DNA from: Flaccisagitta enflata
Taxonomy: Eukaryota
Direction of reading: 5' to 3'
Length of the DNA stretch: 64,000 nucleotides
Assembly (NCBI GenBank): GCA_965153355.1
Contig: OZ231126.1
Span: 24,490,001 to 24,554,000, forward strand
Shown: positions 48,859 through 63,536 of the stretch, piece by piece
How the letters are laid out: each line of letters opens with the position of its first letter
How positions within the stretch are numbered: position 1 is the first letter of the stretch
Position numbers and translations under genes: made by a program
Notes under the pieces: model-generated
Databases searched by the model: none
The model's input: only the letters and a program-made list of their open reading frames with translations
Told to the model about the DNA's origin: nothing

Positions 48859-50172
48859 TACAATGTTCAAAGAGGATGCACACCAAAAATCATCAATGTG
48901 GTTGCATTTTCACAACTCTGACACAGCTTTGAAAATGCTCAAAAAACCCCCTAATGTTTCAGACTCAGCCTATTGTCTCCCTTCTTATAAGAGAATCTCG
49001 ATAGTATCAAACCTGTATTTTTTGGCTTGTTTGTTTATTTTTTGACTAGGTAAGCATGCTAACATGTAAACAAGTTAAGAATACCTTTAAAACCATTCAT
49101 AGAATCCAAAATTTGAGAAAAATCCACCAAATAAGGCTTAAATTCTCCTTAATTTTAACCTTCTCAAAATAAGAGCAAAATAGGGGTTTTTCAAGCCATT
49201 TTTGACCTGTTTTGGTCCTAGTATGTCTAGCAAATGGCCCCAATCTTGTTTTTCAGCAATTTAAGTTCTCTTTTTCTCAGTTTCTGATGGTTTCAGATCA
49301 GTTTTTTAAAATATGTATAGAGACCCCCTCTTAATAAGACAGGAGACAACGCCCCTTGCGACCTCTCACGCTGATAAGGTAGAACTAGGAAAACATAAGT
49401 TCTCGTTCTGAGCCTAGAGGTTGAGTAAGGTAGCAATTTTTGAGTCGGCTCCTTAGCTGAAGTGCTGATGAGTGGATTGAAAGAGTTTTTGGACTTAGAT
49501 TATAGAATTTGACTGCAAAAAACTCAATTGGAAGTAATATACAATATTTATGCAAATTAGGTCAAAAAGTAGTGGAGTTGACTTGAGAACAATATTAGGA
49601 AAAAACAAGCTGGTGGATTTGGATTTTTTTGGCCCAAATCCCTTAAGTAACATCTAATAAGCATAACCCAAGTTTAGGATACCTTGGGAAAATTCATTTT
49701 TTGGAAATATTGATGGTAGATTTGGGGTTGTCAAGCTTCAAAAATCCATATTTGACAAGGTAGTGGTAGGTAAAAGGGGTAAATTGGTCATTTTGTAGGC
49801 AGTTCAGCCCAAAATTCCATTTTTTAGTCAAAGTACAATGTTCAAGGAGGATGCACACCAAAAATCATCAATGTGGTTGCATTTTTACAACTCTGACACA
49901 GCTTTGAAAATGCTCAAAATACCCCCTAATGTTTCAGACTCAGCCTATTGTCTCCCTTCAGAAAAGAGACATTCACTCCAAAGATCATCAACGCTTCCGT
50001 ACTTAAAAAAAATGCATACATTTCCACAACTACCAAAGATCAAAGCTTACCTAATATACTTTTATCAAGTGAAGACTTAACTTTTTGCCAATAGACCGAT
50101 TGCATCTTGCACTTTTGTTTTACTCTTTTTTCTCTGTTTTTTTTTTCAGTTCTTCTTTTACATTTATACTTT

Positions 50173-50216
<44 letters not shown>

Positions 50217-52023
50217 CCTATCTATCTATCTATCTATCTTTCTTTTATTAGTATCATTACATTTTTTTCATCTTTTTTAGTTGCGGACACGCAACTCTAT
50301 AAGAGGCTTTGTCCGTTTGTCGCTCCGTCAGTCCGTCGGTCCGTTGGTCCGTCCTTCACGCTCGAGTTGAAAAGTGGGAAAACGCTCTTTCCCACCCATC
50401 CGCAACTGGTGGCCGTGTATCCGGCCTTGTTTACTCTTTGTACCCAGGTTATTTTCTTTTCGTCCATCTGTCTAACATATGTCTGTTTCTTTGTTTTTCT
50501 GTCTTTCAATCAATATTTTTCGTCTCTCAATCAATATTGCTTGTGTCAGTACATTCATCAGTACATTACACCACTTAATTACAGGTGAGAATAAAACCCG
50601 GGGCATGCTTGGGAGTTGTTTGGTTATGCTTGGGTATGCTCGGGTATGCTTGGATATGCTCGGGTATTGCTTGGGTATTTCTTGGGTGTTACTTAGTTAT
50701 TGCTAGGTATTGCTAGGGTATTGCTCGGGAATTGTTCAGGTATTAATCTCACATTTTGAGATGCGTCCTCGCATCTCTATAAGAGGGTCTGTCCGTTTGT
50801 CTGTTACCCACTTTCCAAAAATCCCACCAACCATCTCAAATCATTCACCAACCACCCCCAAAAAATTTTCAGATGGGTACTCACATCTCTATAAAAAGGT
50901 CTGTCCATCCTTGTGTCCGTTAACCACTTTCCAAAAATCCTATTCCAAAAACTTATGTCAAGGTGTACGCAAAGGGGTAGTTTTCACAGTCAAATAATAT
51001 TTTTGAAAAAAAAAATGAAATAATGAATTCACATTTTTTTGAAAAGAAATGAAAAGAAAAGAAAAGAAAAGAAATGAAAAGAAAAGAAAAGAAAAGAAAT
51101 GATAATTTTGATATAAATCACTTATCTATTTGCATTGAGAATCATTTATGTGATCAAAACCAGTTGGAAAAATTGAGAGAAAAAAAAGAAAATTAGCCTC
51201 CACTCCTTGACTTGTCTTACGTGAAATTCTTAATCTGTCTATGCATGCATAAATTTGCATTTCTAAGAACATGGCCCTATTCTGAAGATGTATAAGAAAG
51301 GGGCCATGTTCTTAGAAATGCAAGCCTGTCATTACTGAGACTGTGATATAATTTCACTCAACAACATTTGCTGTTCCTGTGCACTGCAACGTAAAGTTAT
51401 TATATTTACTCTCTATGTTACCTTACAGTTTCAACTGGCACTGTCTGAGCGTCTATCTGACTGGCAGGCTTGTGGTGAAAGAAGTTGGCCGATTGGAAAA
51501 TAGGAAAAGAGCGATGCGTCTCGTTTATTCCATAAAAAATTTCAACAACTGAAGAGAAGGGGAAAAATGAAAGGGAAAGTGGGCGTTAATGGTGATCAGC
51601 AAACCCAAAAGATAACATGAAATCGAGATAGGACACAATGGACAGAAACAGCACATGACAACATGTTCATCTTCTTCAAAGCCCATGCCACCTGATAATA
51701 CCTGCCCCTGCTGACTTTATCCCATTAAATTCTCCATATCATCCCTATAGCAAGCTGATCGGGCAGCGATAAACCATGCCTAAAATCCGGCGATAAAAAT
51801 GCAAAAGAGTAAAAGACAAAATAACAGACCGGAAAACAAGAGCATTAGCCAACTCCAAGAAGAAGACTTAAATTGATCAAATAGAGAAGTTTAGAAGTTT
51901 ATCAGACGTCCTAAGCGCGTTCAATGAACCTTGTTCATGGTTCCGATAATGGATGTTACGTTTAAATACTTGTTTGATAAAGAAAATTTGCGTCATCCGA
52001 GGACGCGACGTCTTTGCAGCTCT

Positions 52024-53992
52024 ACCAGTAATGGCGGCTGTCGCCTTTTTTCACCAAGCTTTTATCTTCAGTCAATGCAATTTTTTTTTATTTGTTAAAT
52101 CAAATCAAAAGTAATTGTATGTATGAACTAGATGAGCTATGACGCACTGAAAATTACCATAGAATTTTCTACCCGAGCTAGATAAGTCATGAAATTTATA
52201 AAATGAAATTTAATGATAATTTTTGTCTTTATGTTTTCAAGTAAACTGTCAACAGCCATATTTTGCATGAATTGACTTGCATATGCAAGTCTTAATATCC
52301 AATCCTTTGTTTTACAGCTGAAAAAATACATGAAATACAATAAAAAACTTATTTTGTCAATGTACCATGGCTCATTGAAAATTTTAAATTTGCATGAAAA
52401 ATCAAAATATCAACAAAACAAGAACATAGCGCGATTCCTAAAACATAAACTGAGGGCGCCATGTTCTTATTTTAATGATATTATGATTTTTTATGCAAAT
52501 TTAAAATTTTCAGTGAGCAGTTACTGAAACGATTGTCGTTATTTTTTTCACTTTTTAGTCTCATCAAAATCGAATTTCCTTCAATCTTTTTGCATTTTTG
52601 TCATTTGACAGTAACAGATTGGTTTCCTCATGTAAGTTTCCTCATTTAAGTACAAAAAAAAAACAATCCAAGCATTGACCTTTGCAAAAATAGTAAAGAG
52701 AATAGTATCCTTGTCCTCTGGGTAAACTCCTCTTACTTTAATTTCAGTGCGTCCTATATAAGATACTTTTAGCGTGAGAATTGAGTAGCTGAGCCTTTCG
52801 TCTATCAATGAATGCATTCTTGAATACAAACATTTATTACATCATCACTGGCACGTCAAACTACGAGAGGGACAAAAAAGGGGGAGAAACCATTAGGCAT
52901 TGCTAAAGGGCGTAAAGAAATACAACAATTTAATGCACAGAATATAATATCAACTTCACTTCCTAATAGTTAACTTCACTTCCTAATAGTTAGACGACTC
53001 CACTTTGCACGACAAACTGCTACTGACAAACTACAGCGTGTTCCAGTATTTATAAGCTTCAGACTGGCAGAGAAAGTTGACGCGTGGTGACAGCGTAACC
53101 AATGACAGATGACATGCCACAGACAGCTACCGTGACAGCCAATAACAGCTAAATTTACTTATGACAGCCAATGACAGCTAAGACGACAGTTAGAACAACA
53201 GTTAGGTTACACTTGCAATGATGTCAGCCAGTGAATGACTGGCAATTGAACATTCACGAGGCAACATGAGTTGCTAATGATAGACAAAAGATGGCGGGGC
53301 TACAAAAAAAACCATCGAATATCACACAAGTTAAAATACTCAAAATCAATCTACCAGATGACTTGCTATGCTCACTGACATGCTTTCTTATATTTGCATG
53401 CTTACACAAAACATTTTTTTATCCCAAATAAAATCAGAAAAAAAAGACCGAGCTAAATTAGCTAAATGAAATAGAATACTCAAAAACACCCTCACAGATA
53501 AGCACCTATGCTCACTGATATGCTTTGTTGTATTTGAATGCTAGAACATGTATCAAAACATATATTCATTTATCCTATTTGTAATTAAAAAAATGAGCAA
53601 AATGAGCTAATTGAGCTAAAATACTGAAAAACAACCTCATAGATGAGCAGCTATGCTTCTTAATATGTTTTAATGTATTTGCATGCTCAAACAAACATCA
53701 TTACACTTTTTTATTGATCCTACACAAAATCATAGAAAATCAAAAAAAATTTTATAAAAACTTTCTGTGAAAAAATCTTAAATAAATCATAACTCCAAAA
53801 ATATTTATCCTAGAACATTCTGCCTGGCGCCAAATGAAAGAGAATTATCAAATTTATTTACTATATCTCATCGATTTTATTGGAGGCCACATTCATTCGA
53901 TGAGAGCTTCAATTTTCCCATAAGAAAGTAAAAATAATGTTTCTCTGGAATATGTCAAAAAGTCGAAGACTGACTTTGACTTTTTTTCCCGA
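52024..53992 (-). mobile_element. Second copy of the 20263-21109 HINE, with a ~1.2-kb internal insertion
   Basis: Shared ends ACCAGTAATGGCGGCTGTCGCC and AAAAAGTCGAAGACTGACTT(T)GACTTTTTT. Confidence 0.75.
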
Positions 53993-56900
53993 CTATCAAA
54001 CCTTGAACCCGGAAGTAGTTATGGAAAGTAAAAGAAGAGCATTTCTAAGGTGCATCACACTTATATAGGATGAATAGTTGCACATGCCACATGGCAAAAA
54101 TTGGGAAATCCCTCTTGTCTGGTCCGCCAAACAGGGTGGAAGTGTGGAACTTGTTTTTGTGCTGTTTTCCTTTTTAAAACACTAGTTGTACACTTGCAGG
54201 TTGGCAAAAGCAGTGATGTGGGGGGGGGGGGGTCAGTTTGACAGTACAGTAATATAATTTGCCTCTGATCAACTCCTTCCTCCGCCAATTGTAATCGAAG
54301 AAAAGAAGTCCTATATCAACTTCATTTTCTTCAAGCAACTTGTAGAGAGCTTGTATATCTGTCCGTCTCTGTCTGTGATGTGTCCTCTCTGTCCATGGTC
54401 TGCCCGTCTCTCTGTCTATCAGTAACTTTTATGTTTACTTAAGCCTCGGACTGCCATCCTGGCCTTTCGTTTGTTTTTGAGAACAAATGGGAGAGATGTA
54501 GAGAATCAAATCTGAATCTATCCGAATTGTTTTCGTTTCGCCAGATGTACCATTCTTTATGCGGTTACAAAAGAGATTTTTAAGAAACGATAATAATCAA
54601 TATCATGAACATAGAATTGAAATTTTTTTCTCTGTCGATTTTTTCGGCCCATGCAACCAAAATGCCAGTTTTATTTCGTACTGAACGCGACATAAAGATG
54701 TAACTCTTTTTGTACTCGCCTGAAAAGGGTTGTGTGGAGGTTGAGTTTGCCATTTATAAATTGTTAAGCATGTTTCCTTTTTGGTTGAAGAAGAAAAGGA
54801 AACATGAGTTGTTAGAAATCCTGTTTTAATGCTGTACGCGCTCCGGCATTTTGATACGTACAAACAAAATATCTTCCCAGTCTTTACTAAAACACTTGTT
54901 TTTCCACTTTTTAGTCGCGTACTACGCGACTGTACACCCTGCTTTGTTGGTCCGTCCGTCGGTCCGTCCGTCGGTCCGTCCGTCCGTCACACTTTACTTT
55001 TTTGGCTTTAATGGGGTTTTTGGCCACACTGTACTCACTGCTCCTGCCTCCAAATGTTAATGACTTATCAGGTAGATTTCGCCCACCTGCACGTGACTAC
55101 GGTAGCCGTGTATCTGGCCTTGTTTAATGCCGGATACACGGTTACCCAAGTCGCGTGCGGGTGGGCAGGGAAAGAGATAGAAAAGGCTGACCCGTAGTAT
55201 TGCAAAAACCGCCCATGAACGCCAAAAAAAAAAAAAGCGAACGGCGATGGACAAACGGACCAATCAACTGACTGACCGACGGACATAGCGGTTTATGCAG
55301 CCATGTGCACGCGACAAACAAGCATCGACCTCCCTCCTATCTTTCCTTTCCTTCCCCTTCCCTCCTTCCCCTTCCCTTACCCTTCCCCCACCCTTCCTTA
55401 ACCTTCCCCCACCCTTCCCCTTCCCCCACCCTTCCTTAACCTTTCCCCACCTTTCCCCACCCTTCCGTACCCTTCCCTTCCTTCTCCTTCCCCTCACCCT
55501 CTTCCTTCCCATTCCTTTCCTTCCTCTTCCCTTCCTTCCCCTTCCCTTTTCTTCTGTCGCTCGCCGAATTCATGAATGACTCCTTAACGAGCCGTGAGCC
55601 GAGGCCAGGGTACATATAAAGTTTTTCCCCCATAAATCTTCATTTCAAGCGAGTGACAACCCCCGACCCTTGCCTTGTGAGGCCTTCACTCTCGGCCACA
55701 CGATTATTTCACTTCTACGATATATCCGTCATGAGAGATTCGATCTTTCTGTTCACTCTCTCCCTCCCTCCCTCTTGAAAATTCGTTCATTCGCCTTTTA
55801 AATCTTTTTTGCTTTGCATCGTATCTCGTTTCATCGGATATACATATTCTCTTTTATCGAGAAAATTCGATGCGATTTAAAAATTTGTACACATGAACAC
55901 TGAGCAGGATTTTCTAATACATATCCCCTCTCTTGCGGGCCTTACTTCCTGTAATTCAACTCCCCCCAAAAAAGAATTCCCATCGGAAATATCGAAAAAA
56001 TTTTTTGAAAAAATATATATTTTTTTTACTCTTTCAAATCAAATCCCAAAGACAGCCAAAACAGAACCTTGGCGTCATTGTTTAAGTTTTTACTTTGACA
56101 CATATTTTCCTTCTCTCTGGATGTTTTTAAAAAGACGTGAAATGGTTATTTTTCGTTCCAATTAAAAAAAAAAGAGAAAACTTTTTTGACATTAAGTTGG
56201 AGAAAATGGTTTTTGCCAGCGGCGATTTCAAAGAAAATTCGTCGGAAGAACCCTCTTCAGAATCAGGTTGTTTGGGGTTGATTCGAGAGATCGTTTTATT
56301 GGTCTGTTTTGTGTACAGCGTTTAAGATTTTCGCCCCAGCTTCCGTAAAACCTGACATACATTTGCAGGATTTTGGATTTTAGATGTTGTTCACAAAAAG
56401 TAGAGGTCTCTTGATCAACAGGCATGCTTTTTCTTCTTTCCCTCCCAGTAGCATTTATTTTCCCTTTATATCTTCCGACTTGTCTATCACACTCTTGGGC
56501 TAGGGCTTGTTACTTGTTCCACATGTATTGTTTTGTCTTGTCTTCTTTGATCATGATGCATTCACATATGAATATATGTAGCACGTAACAAAATTTTACA
56601 GTCATCAAATCAAGGCAGTAGAGCGAGGATGAAATAAATATTCAGTTAAATACAAAAAAGGCGAACCAGATTGGAGTCAGGACACAATCTGCATTTGTTG
56701 ATGAATTTCTTTTCGCGCTTCGCAGTGAGCTCTTCCCACATCGGTCTGCTCAGTGCATGCTGAAGGTCGGTGACACTTTCATTGTACGAGTATCGATTCT
56801 TTGACTCAGTCTTTTTCTTTGCCTTCCTCTCAACAGCTAAAGATTGTACAGAGAAATGTTACGTCATTCCATATCTTGAAAGCAATGTGAAGTGATAATT

Positions 56901-57403
56901 TGCATATTGCAGTAGCTAGGTTTCTTCTAGTATTTAAAATGATTTAATGTTGTCTCGGATTTATCAACACCCAAGTTCATCGTGTGTGGCTTCTTAAAAT
57001 TTCATTGAAAAATTCCATGATTGCTTAAATAAGTTTAATAGCGTTACTTTAAAGAACGTTTGAAAGGATTGTTGGTTGTCTCAACTTCATACTTAACAAC
57101 TAGTTGGCAAATCGAGCAAATATTCACGCTTTCAGTTTGTAATTGGTATGCACATTGTTAACCTTCTGGATTACCTTCCGGGGGCATTTTTGGATGGCGG
57201 AGGGTCTATCCCGCCCAGATATTACTGGCATTAATTGGTCCCAGAGATGTCCCAGAGATTGAAGGGAATAAAGACGGCGAGCTTGTAAATGGGGGCTGAG
57301 GTATAACCATGTTTCTTTCTTTTCTTCTAGCTCCTCCCTCACTTTCTTATCTTTTCTTCTTCTTCTTCTTCTTCTTCTTCTTCTTCTTCTTTAGAGAGAG
57401 AGA

Positions 57404-57468
<65 letters not shown>

Positions 57469-57654
57469 CGGAGGTGGCGACAAGCAGGAAACCCCGAACC
57501 TCCCTCTCATTTCTCACTTCTCTGCTTCTCGTTTCCGTTCTTTTTCTTTTTATCGCAAAACTGACTTTATAGTCGCTTACTTAGCAAATCTGTAAGATGG
57601 TGTGTTCATTTGTATGTCTGCCTGAACATCGGTAACGCAAAACGTTGGATGAAG

Positions 57655-58353
57655 GTGCTCTGCATTAGTACAACCATACTTTGATTACTGCTGCTCATCC
57701 TGGTACAACAGCGTGACAATGGAATGTAAGAAAAAGCTTGATGTTTTACAACGCAAAATGATTCGCTTTATTTTTGATCTTGATTTTCGTGCACATGTTG
57801 ATTGTACTCATTTGAAATGTCTGGGATGGCTCAATGTGTCGGATCGGGCTAAATACTTTAGATTGCTACATGTCTTTCGTATCAATTCGAATCAATCGCC
57901 TGAGTATCTCATGGAAAACTTCACGCGTGTTAATGCAATCCATGGTCATAGTACACGAGGTAGTGCAGCCAACTTTTTTGTTCCGAAAATTGGTAGTACG
58001 GAAATTCTTAAAAGGAGCTTTTTTTCAGTGGTATTAACGACTGGAACTCACTTCCTCTTACTAAATCTATACATAGTGAAAAGTCTTTCAAATCAAGTTT
58101 AAAGGCATACATGGCTGCTATGTATTGACTACGATTTTATTCTTCCTCTTTCTTGCTTGATACTAATCGAGTTTTTATCCTTTTTAACTTTTAAGATTTA
58201 CCAGTTTATCATGCTATAATTAGTCGCGGACTCCAATGGAAAAAAGTTACCACTTTTTTGGGCCATCCGCAGATTCGACTATTTTGTACTTGGTGATTGA
58301 TAATCTTGTACGGTCTAATCTAAAATACATTACATTACATTACATTACATTAC
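57655..58353 (+). mobile_element. 5'-truncated L2/Crack-clade LINE (RT C-terminus, 3' UTR, (TTACA)n tail)
   Basis: LVQPYFDYCCSSWY...KL.VLQ.K.IRFI...LGWL.V..R...HSTR...SF...WN.LP motifs; tail ACATTACATTAC. Confidence 0.88.
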
Positions 58354-59443
58354 AAGGTAAATCAGCTTAATGAAAGGAAACGTCAACTTCGGAAGATTTA
58401 GGCTCCTAGACGAATAAAGCTACAAATACTGGTTTAAACAATAGATCAATCGGACTAAACAGTCGATCAATTTGTTAAGGAGCAGCACTTTGTCAAAGCT
58501 CGTGTTTTTTTTTTTTGTTTTTTTTTGTATTCCCCATTTTGTATGTTCCCAAGATTACTTTTAAAAAAAGATCGTCATTTCCAAAACCCTTACCTTCTTC
58601 CATCATAAAAGAAGAGAGGGCCTTGACATGGAACAATTGCTTCGGCATCATTAAGAAATCGTTAATTAGATTTCTTAATCGTTTTTGGTTTTAATGCAAA
58701 AACCAACGCCCTTCCACGTCTGTAGGCAAAAACACGACTACAGCAAGAGCAAAGAGAGAGAGAGAGAGAGAGAGAGAAGCACAGACAGACAGAGAATCAG
58801 AATCGATAATGATTCTTTTTTTTTTTTTTTTTGCCAGATTTTAACGTTATTGGCATTTGATGGAGAAAAAAACCGGCAGTGTTGAGGAGAAGAGGAAGCA
58901 ATTTAAAGCGTAACCGTGCCGATGTATGTGCACTAAACATTCTGCAATTGACAGATGAGAAACACAAAAGAATTTTGTCGACAATATCTTGCGATTCTAG
59001 ATAGATTACAAATAAACCAGTTGTCTGCATCTGCAATTTTCTACATGCAACAGAGGAAAACTATTGCGGTAAGTTTATGCATGAATTGTGCGTTGAGGAA
59101 GTTGCAGCAACATTTTCAACATTCCAGCCAAATGGCCGAAAAACATGTTGAGAGGAATTAGAATTAGGACAGATCAGAGGACAGGACAGAGCAAAGCTGT
59201 TTGTCGCAAGTCATGGGCCCAACAGTTCACTGAAGCTTCTTTTTATACTTTGCTTTTTTTTTTAGTCGCGTGCTACGCGACACTACACCCCGCTTTGTCC
59301 GTCAGTCGGTCGGTCGGTTGGTCGGTCGGTCGGTCCCCATTTTACTTTTTGGATACTTTTTTGGTGCCCTAGCAGATACCCCAGTCTGTGACTGGCTTTG
59401 AGTCTGACGTAGGAACCATTTTAATGAATGCGATGAGCAGAGA

Positions 59444-59597
59444 TATACAATTTGTTTTACATCAGCATAGTAAGTCACCACAGTTGTCGGGCTTGGGACC
59501 GACTCAGCGTTTTAAGCGCTCCCTCAAACTCCTGTGTTACCTTCATGCCCGTCCTGGATTCGAACTCTTGACCCTCATTTCTGAAGGCAAGTGTTCT
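59444..59597 (-). mobile_element. tRNA-derived SINE, 5'-truncated reverse copy
   Basis: Reverse complement of 61610-61762, including B box GTTCGAATCC. Confidence 0.75.
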
Positions 59598-60304
59598 AAG
59601 TCACAGACTGGGGTATCTGCTAGGGCACCAAAAAAGTATCCAATGGAACAAATCATCAGCCTTTAGTAAACTTTCCTGGAAGAAATCTCCCGCACGGCAT
59701 GACACGTTTACTGCCGTTGGAACGCATTAATCTTATAATATGCATTTTTATGAGTTAACATAGTGAGAAAAAAATAATAAAAACACCATCAGACTCACAA
59801 GAAGCAGCTTATCTTTAAATACGACAATGTTGCATAGTGATGAAAAAATCAGAATAAGCATGAGACAGAGTTTAAAGTATATTCTAGTTAAAAAGGGCTT
59901 TTTTCCTTACATAATTAGCTATTTTCAAATTGGGGCTGGGTTTTTTATCTTGATATTTACAAAAATATGTCGCTAAAAATGAGAACGAAAATATCTGAGG
60001 GTTCATTGAGCAACATTTTATTTTTTTCCTATAAGTACAAAACATTGTTAAAAATAAGCAAAATATTAAAACATTCATTAGCCCACTTTCGACTTCCAGA
60101 AAATCGCTGGAAATGAATGAGTATGTTCACATGATATGCCTTTACATAATACCAAACGCTCAGCCCACTCCTAGCTGTCGCATAGCGTCGCAAGCCTGTC
60201 GAATGCAACGCTATCACTCAAATAGTCAGTAGATGCACAAACTAAAACCTAAGTTATATCTAGACAGCCGCTGTTACTGACATCTCTGAAAATTACTGAC
60301 ATCT

Positions 60305-61290
<986 letters not shown>

Positions 61291-61590
61291 TCTCTCCTTT
61301 ATTTGAAGTCAGTGTCGGAATCACGTTTTAATGCGACTTTGAACAATACGCTGATGTTTCAGAGTGAAAAAGAGTTTCCATCCTGTCACCATTGATAAGA
61401 AAAATGGCGGTAAAATTTTCGAGGGTAGGACTTATGATAAGGAGTGAGATTTTCAATCTTGGTTTTGCCAAAAAGCCTCAGTTTTCATGTCTTCCGAAAA
61501 ATTTTCGACGAGGAATCCAAAAATCGCAGCCTCAAGGGCCTCAGGGAAAGTATTAAAGCTCTTTTAGGAAAGCTTACCTTTAGTAAGTCA

Positions 61591-61762
61591 GCCTTCATGG
61601 TCTAATGGTAAGAACACTTGCCTTCGGAAGTGAGGGTCAAGAGTTCGAATCCAGGATGGGCATGAAGGTAACACAGGAGTTTAGGGAGCGCTTAAAACGT
61701 TGAGTCGGGCCCAAGCCCGACAACTGTGGTGACTTACTGTGCTGATGTAAATCAAATTGTAT
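61591..61762 (+). mobile_element. tRNA(Arg-TCG-like)-derived SINE
   Basis: A box TGGTCTAATGG, loop CTTCGGA, B box GTTCGAATCC, then a non-tRNA body shared with the 59444 copy; cloverleaf stems imperfect. Confidence 0.75.
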
Positions 61763-62066
61763 ATTTTACTTTTTTTATGTTTTTGCGGTCTTTGGCCTCA
61801 CTGCACTTGCCCAAGTGCTTTAGTAACTCAAATACTGCCCCTGCCCACCCACACGCGACTATGGTAGCCGTGTATCCGGCCTTGTTCATTTCTTTATTTT
61901 CTTTTTAACCATTTTCGCTCTGTCGTCCAGTTTTTTTTTTTGTTTCTTGCTTGTTGAAAAAAATGAACGAAAGCAAAACAAGTAATCAATCAATTTCTTT
62001 AAAGTTTATTCTCCTATAGATAAAAGAAAAAAAATGGAAAAGAGAAAGGAAGAGAGAAAAGAGAAG

Positions 62067-62221
<155 letters not shown>

Positions 62222-62251
62222 TATTCCTAATTCGTCAGCATTTTACAGATA

Positions 62252-62761
62252 CAGTAGATGTCGTCTATACTTGGAAATACAGGGGCCCGCATATCATAAC
62301 TACCATTTGTGCCAATGAAATGAAACTGAGTGTGTATAATACTTATGTCCTATAGCGTTGACAATGGGGTATGGCAGCTCTGTGGAGAGAAAATTCTTTT
62401 GAATTTGGTATATCATATTAGCTCCTTTTCACAAGGTGTTGGAATTGGTCTAGTGGTTAACTCGTTTAACTTAAGATTTATTGTAACTAGTGGATTTCTT
62501 TAAAGGTTTGAAGTTCAAATCCCAGGCTGGTTTTGCAATAAGAGCAAATAGATGAAGTTGAATTTCTGCCATAAAAGTGATTGATCCTAACGTTTTATAC
62601 TAAAAGTTTTTTTTTGTAAGGTAAGCCGTAGGGGGATGCCATACCCCATCGTCAACCCCTTAGGGTCTATACATTAAACCAGCAAAATATCAGTCCCCTC
62701 ATTGTACTGATGCTCAGGTTATGAGCTCCCCCGTACTTCGAAGTCTAGACGACATCTACTG
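62252..62761. mobile_element. TA-TSD MITE (pogo-like) containing a nested TIR element at ~62349-62664
   Basis: TA|CAGTAGATGTCGTCTA...TAGACGACATCTACTG|TA; inner IR GTTGAC(A/G)ATGGGGTATGGCA. Confidence 0.78.
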
Positions 62762-63303
62762 TAGAAAAAAAAAACAAACAAAAAACAAAAAAAAACAAAA
62801 AGATTTAACTTTTAAGATAGGGAGGGGGCGCCGATTAGGAGAAATACGATATTCAGTGACATAAAAGGTCCATAGGATTCTTCCAGTATCAATGGCCGAT
62901 TTTAACAGTATCATGATACGCGAGAAAAAAAAAAACGATTGCTAATAGAACGATTAATAGCGGTGAGTTTTCCGTTAATGAAATATCTCTTTGGTCACTG
63001 GCCAAGCGACTCTAAGAGAGGTTGTGTCCGTAGGTGGGTAGGAAGGAAACGCGAAATTTGACTTGGAGATGCCGCGATACCAACTGAAATAACGATTTCT
63101 GAGCCCTGCTCAGCCACATTACAGCCCCGCCCTACCCCATACTGTCCCTGTCTACCCGCATTACTGTCCCTGCCGACCCGCCAGCGACTATGTATCCGAC
63201 CTTGTTGGTTGAATATCGATTTTGATTTAATATTTCTTTTTTTTTTCTAACAATTTTGTACGGAATAAAATCTGTTTCTAACATGCGAGTTAGAGAGAGT
63301 TAC

Positions 63304-63461
63304 CTGACGAGTGTCGCTTTAAAACAAACTGTGTGGCGATCCTGGCCACCGACCAACAGTTTTCGTCACATGAGGCTCTGTGTCCGGGAAACAGAGAATG
63401 ACATTTGGTTAATAAATCCTCACCAAAGGCCATAAATTCACGTTCAAATATTTCGAATATT
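63304..63461 (-). CDS. Candidate internal exon of an unidentified minus-strand gene (IFEIFEREFMAFGEDLLTKCHSLFPGHRASCDENCWSVARIATQFVLKRHSS)
   Basis: Pyrimidine tract plus tag acceptor, gtaact donor and an open frame; no recognised domain. Confidence 0.35.
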
Positions 63462-63536
63462 CTAAACGTGGAGGAAAAGAGAACTGAAAAGTGGGAGAGG
63501 GGGAAGGACATGAGTGGAACAGTGGGAGGGTAACAA

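Larger units (their letters stand above)
38888..49958 (+). repeat. Direct repeat of a ~620-bp unit: copy 1 is split into 38888-39199, 47662-47854 and 48859-48982; copy 2 is intact at 49335-49958
   Basis: Near-identical sequence AAGACAGGAGACAACGCCCC...TATTGTCTCCCTTC. Confidence 0.85.

Noticed and set aside
61591-61665. Functional tRNA-Arg gene
   Set aside because: Acceptor, anticodon and T stems pair poorly, and the tRNA-like head continues into a body shared with a second copy, which indicates a SINE
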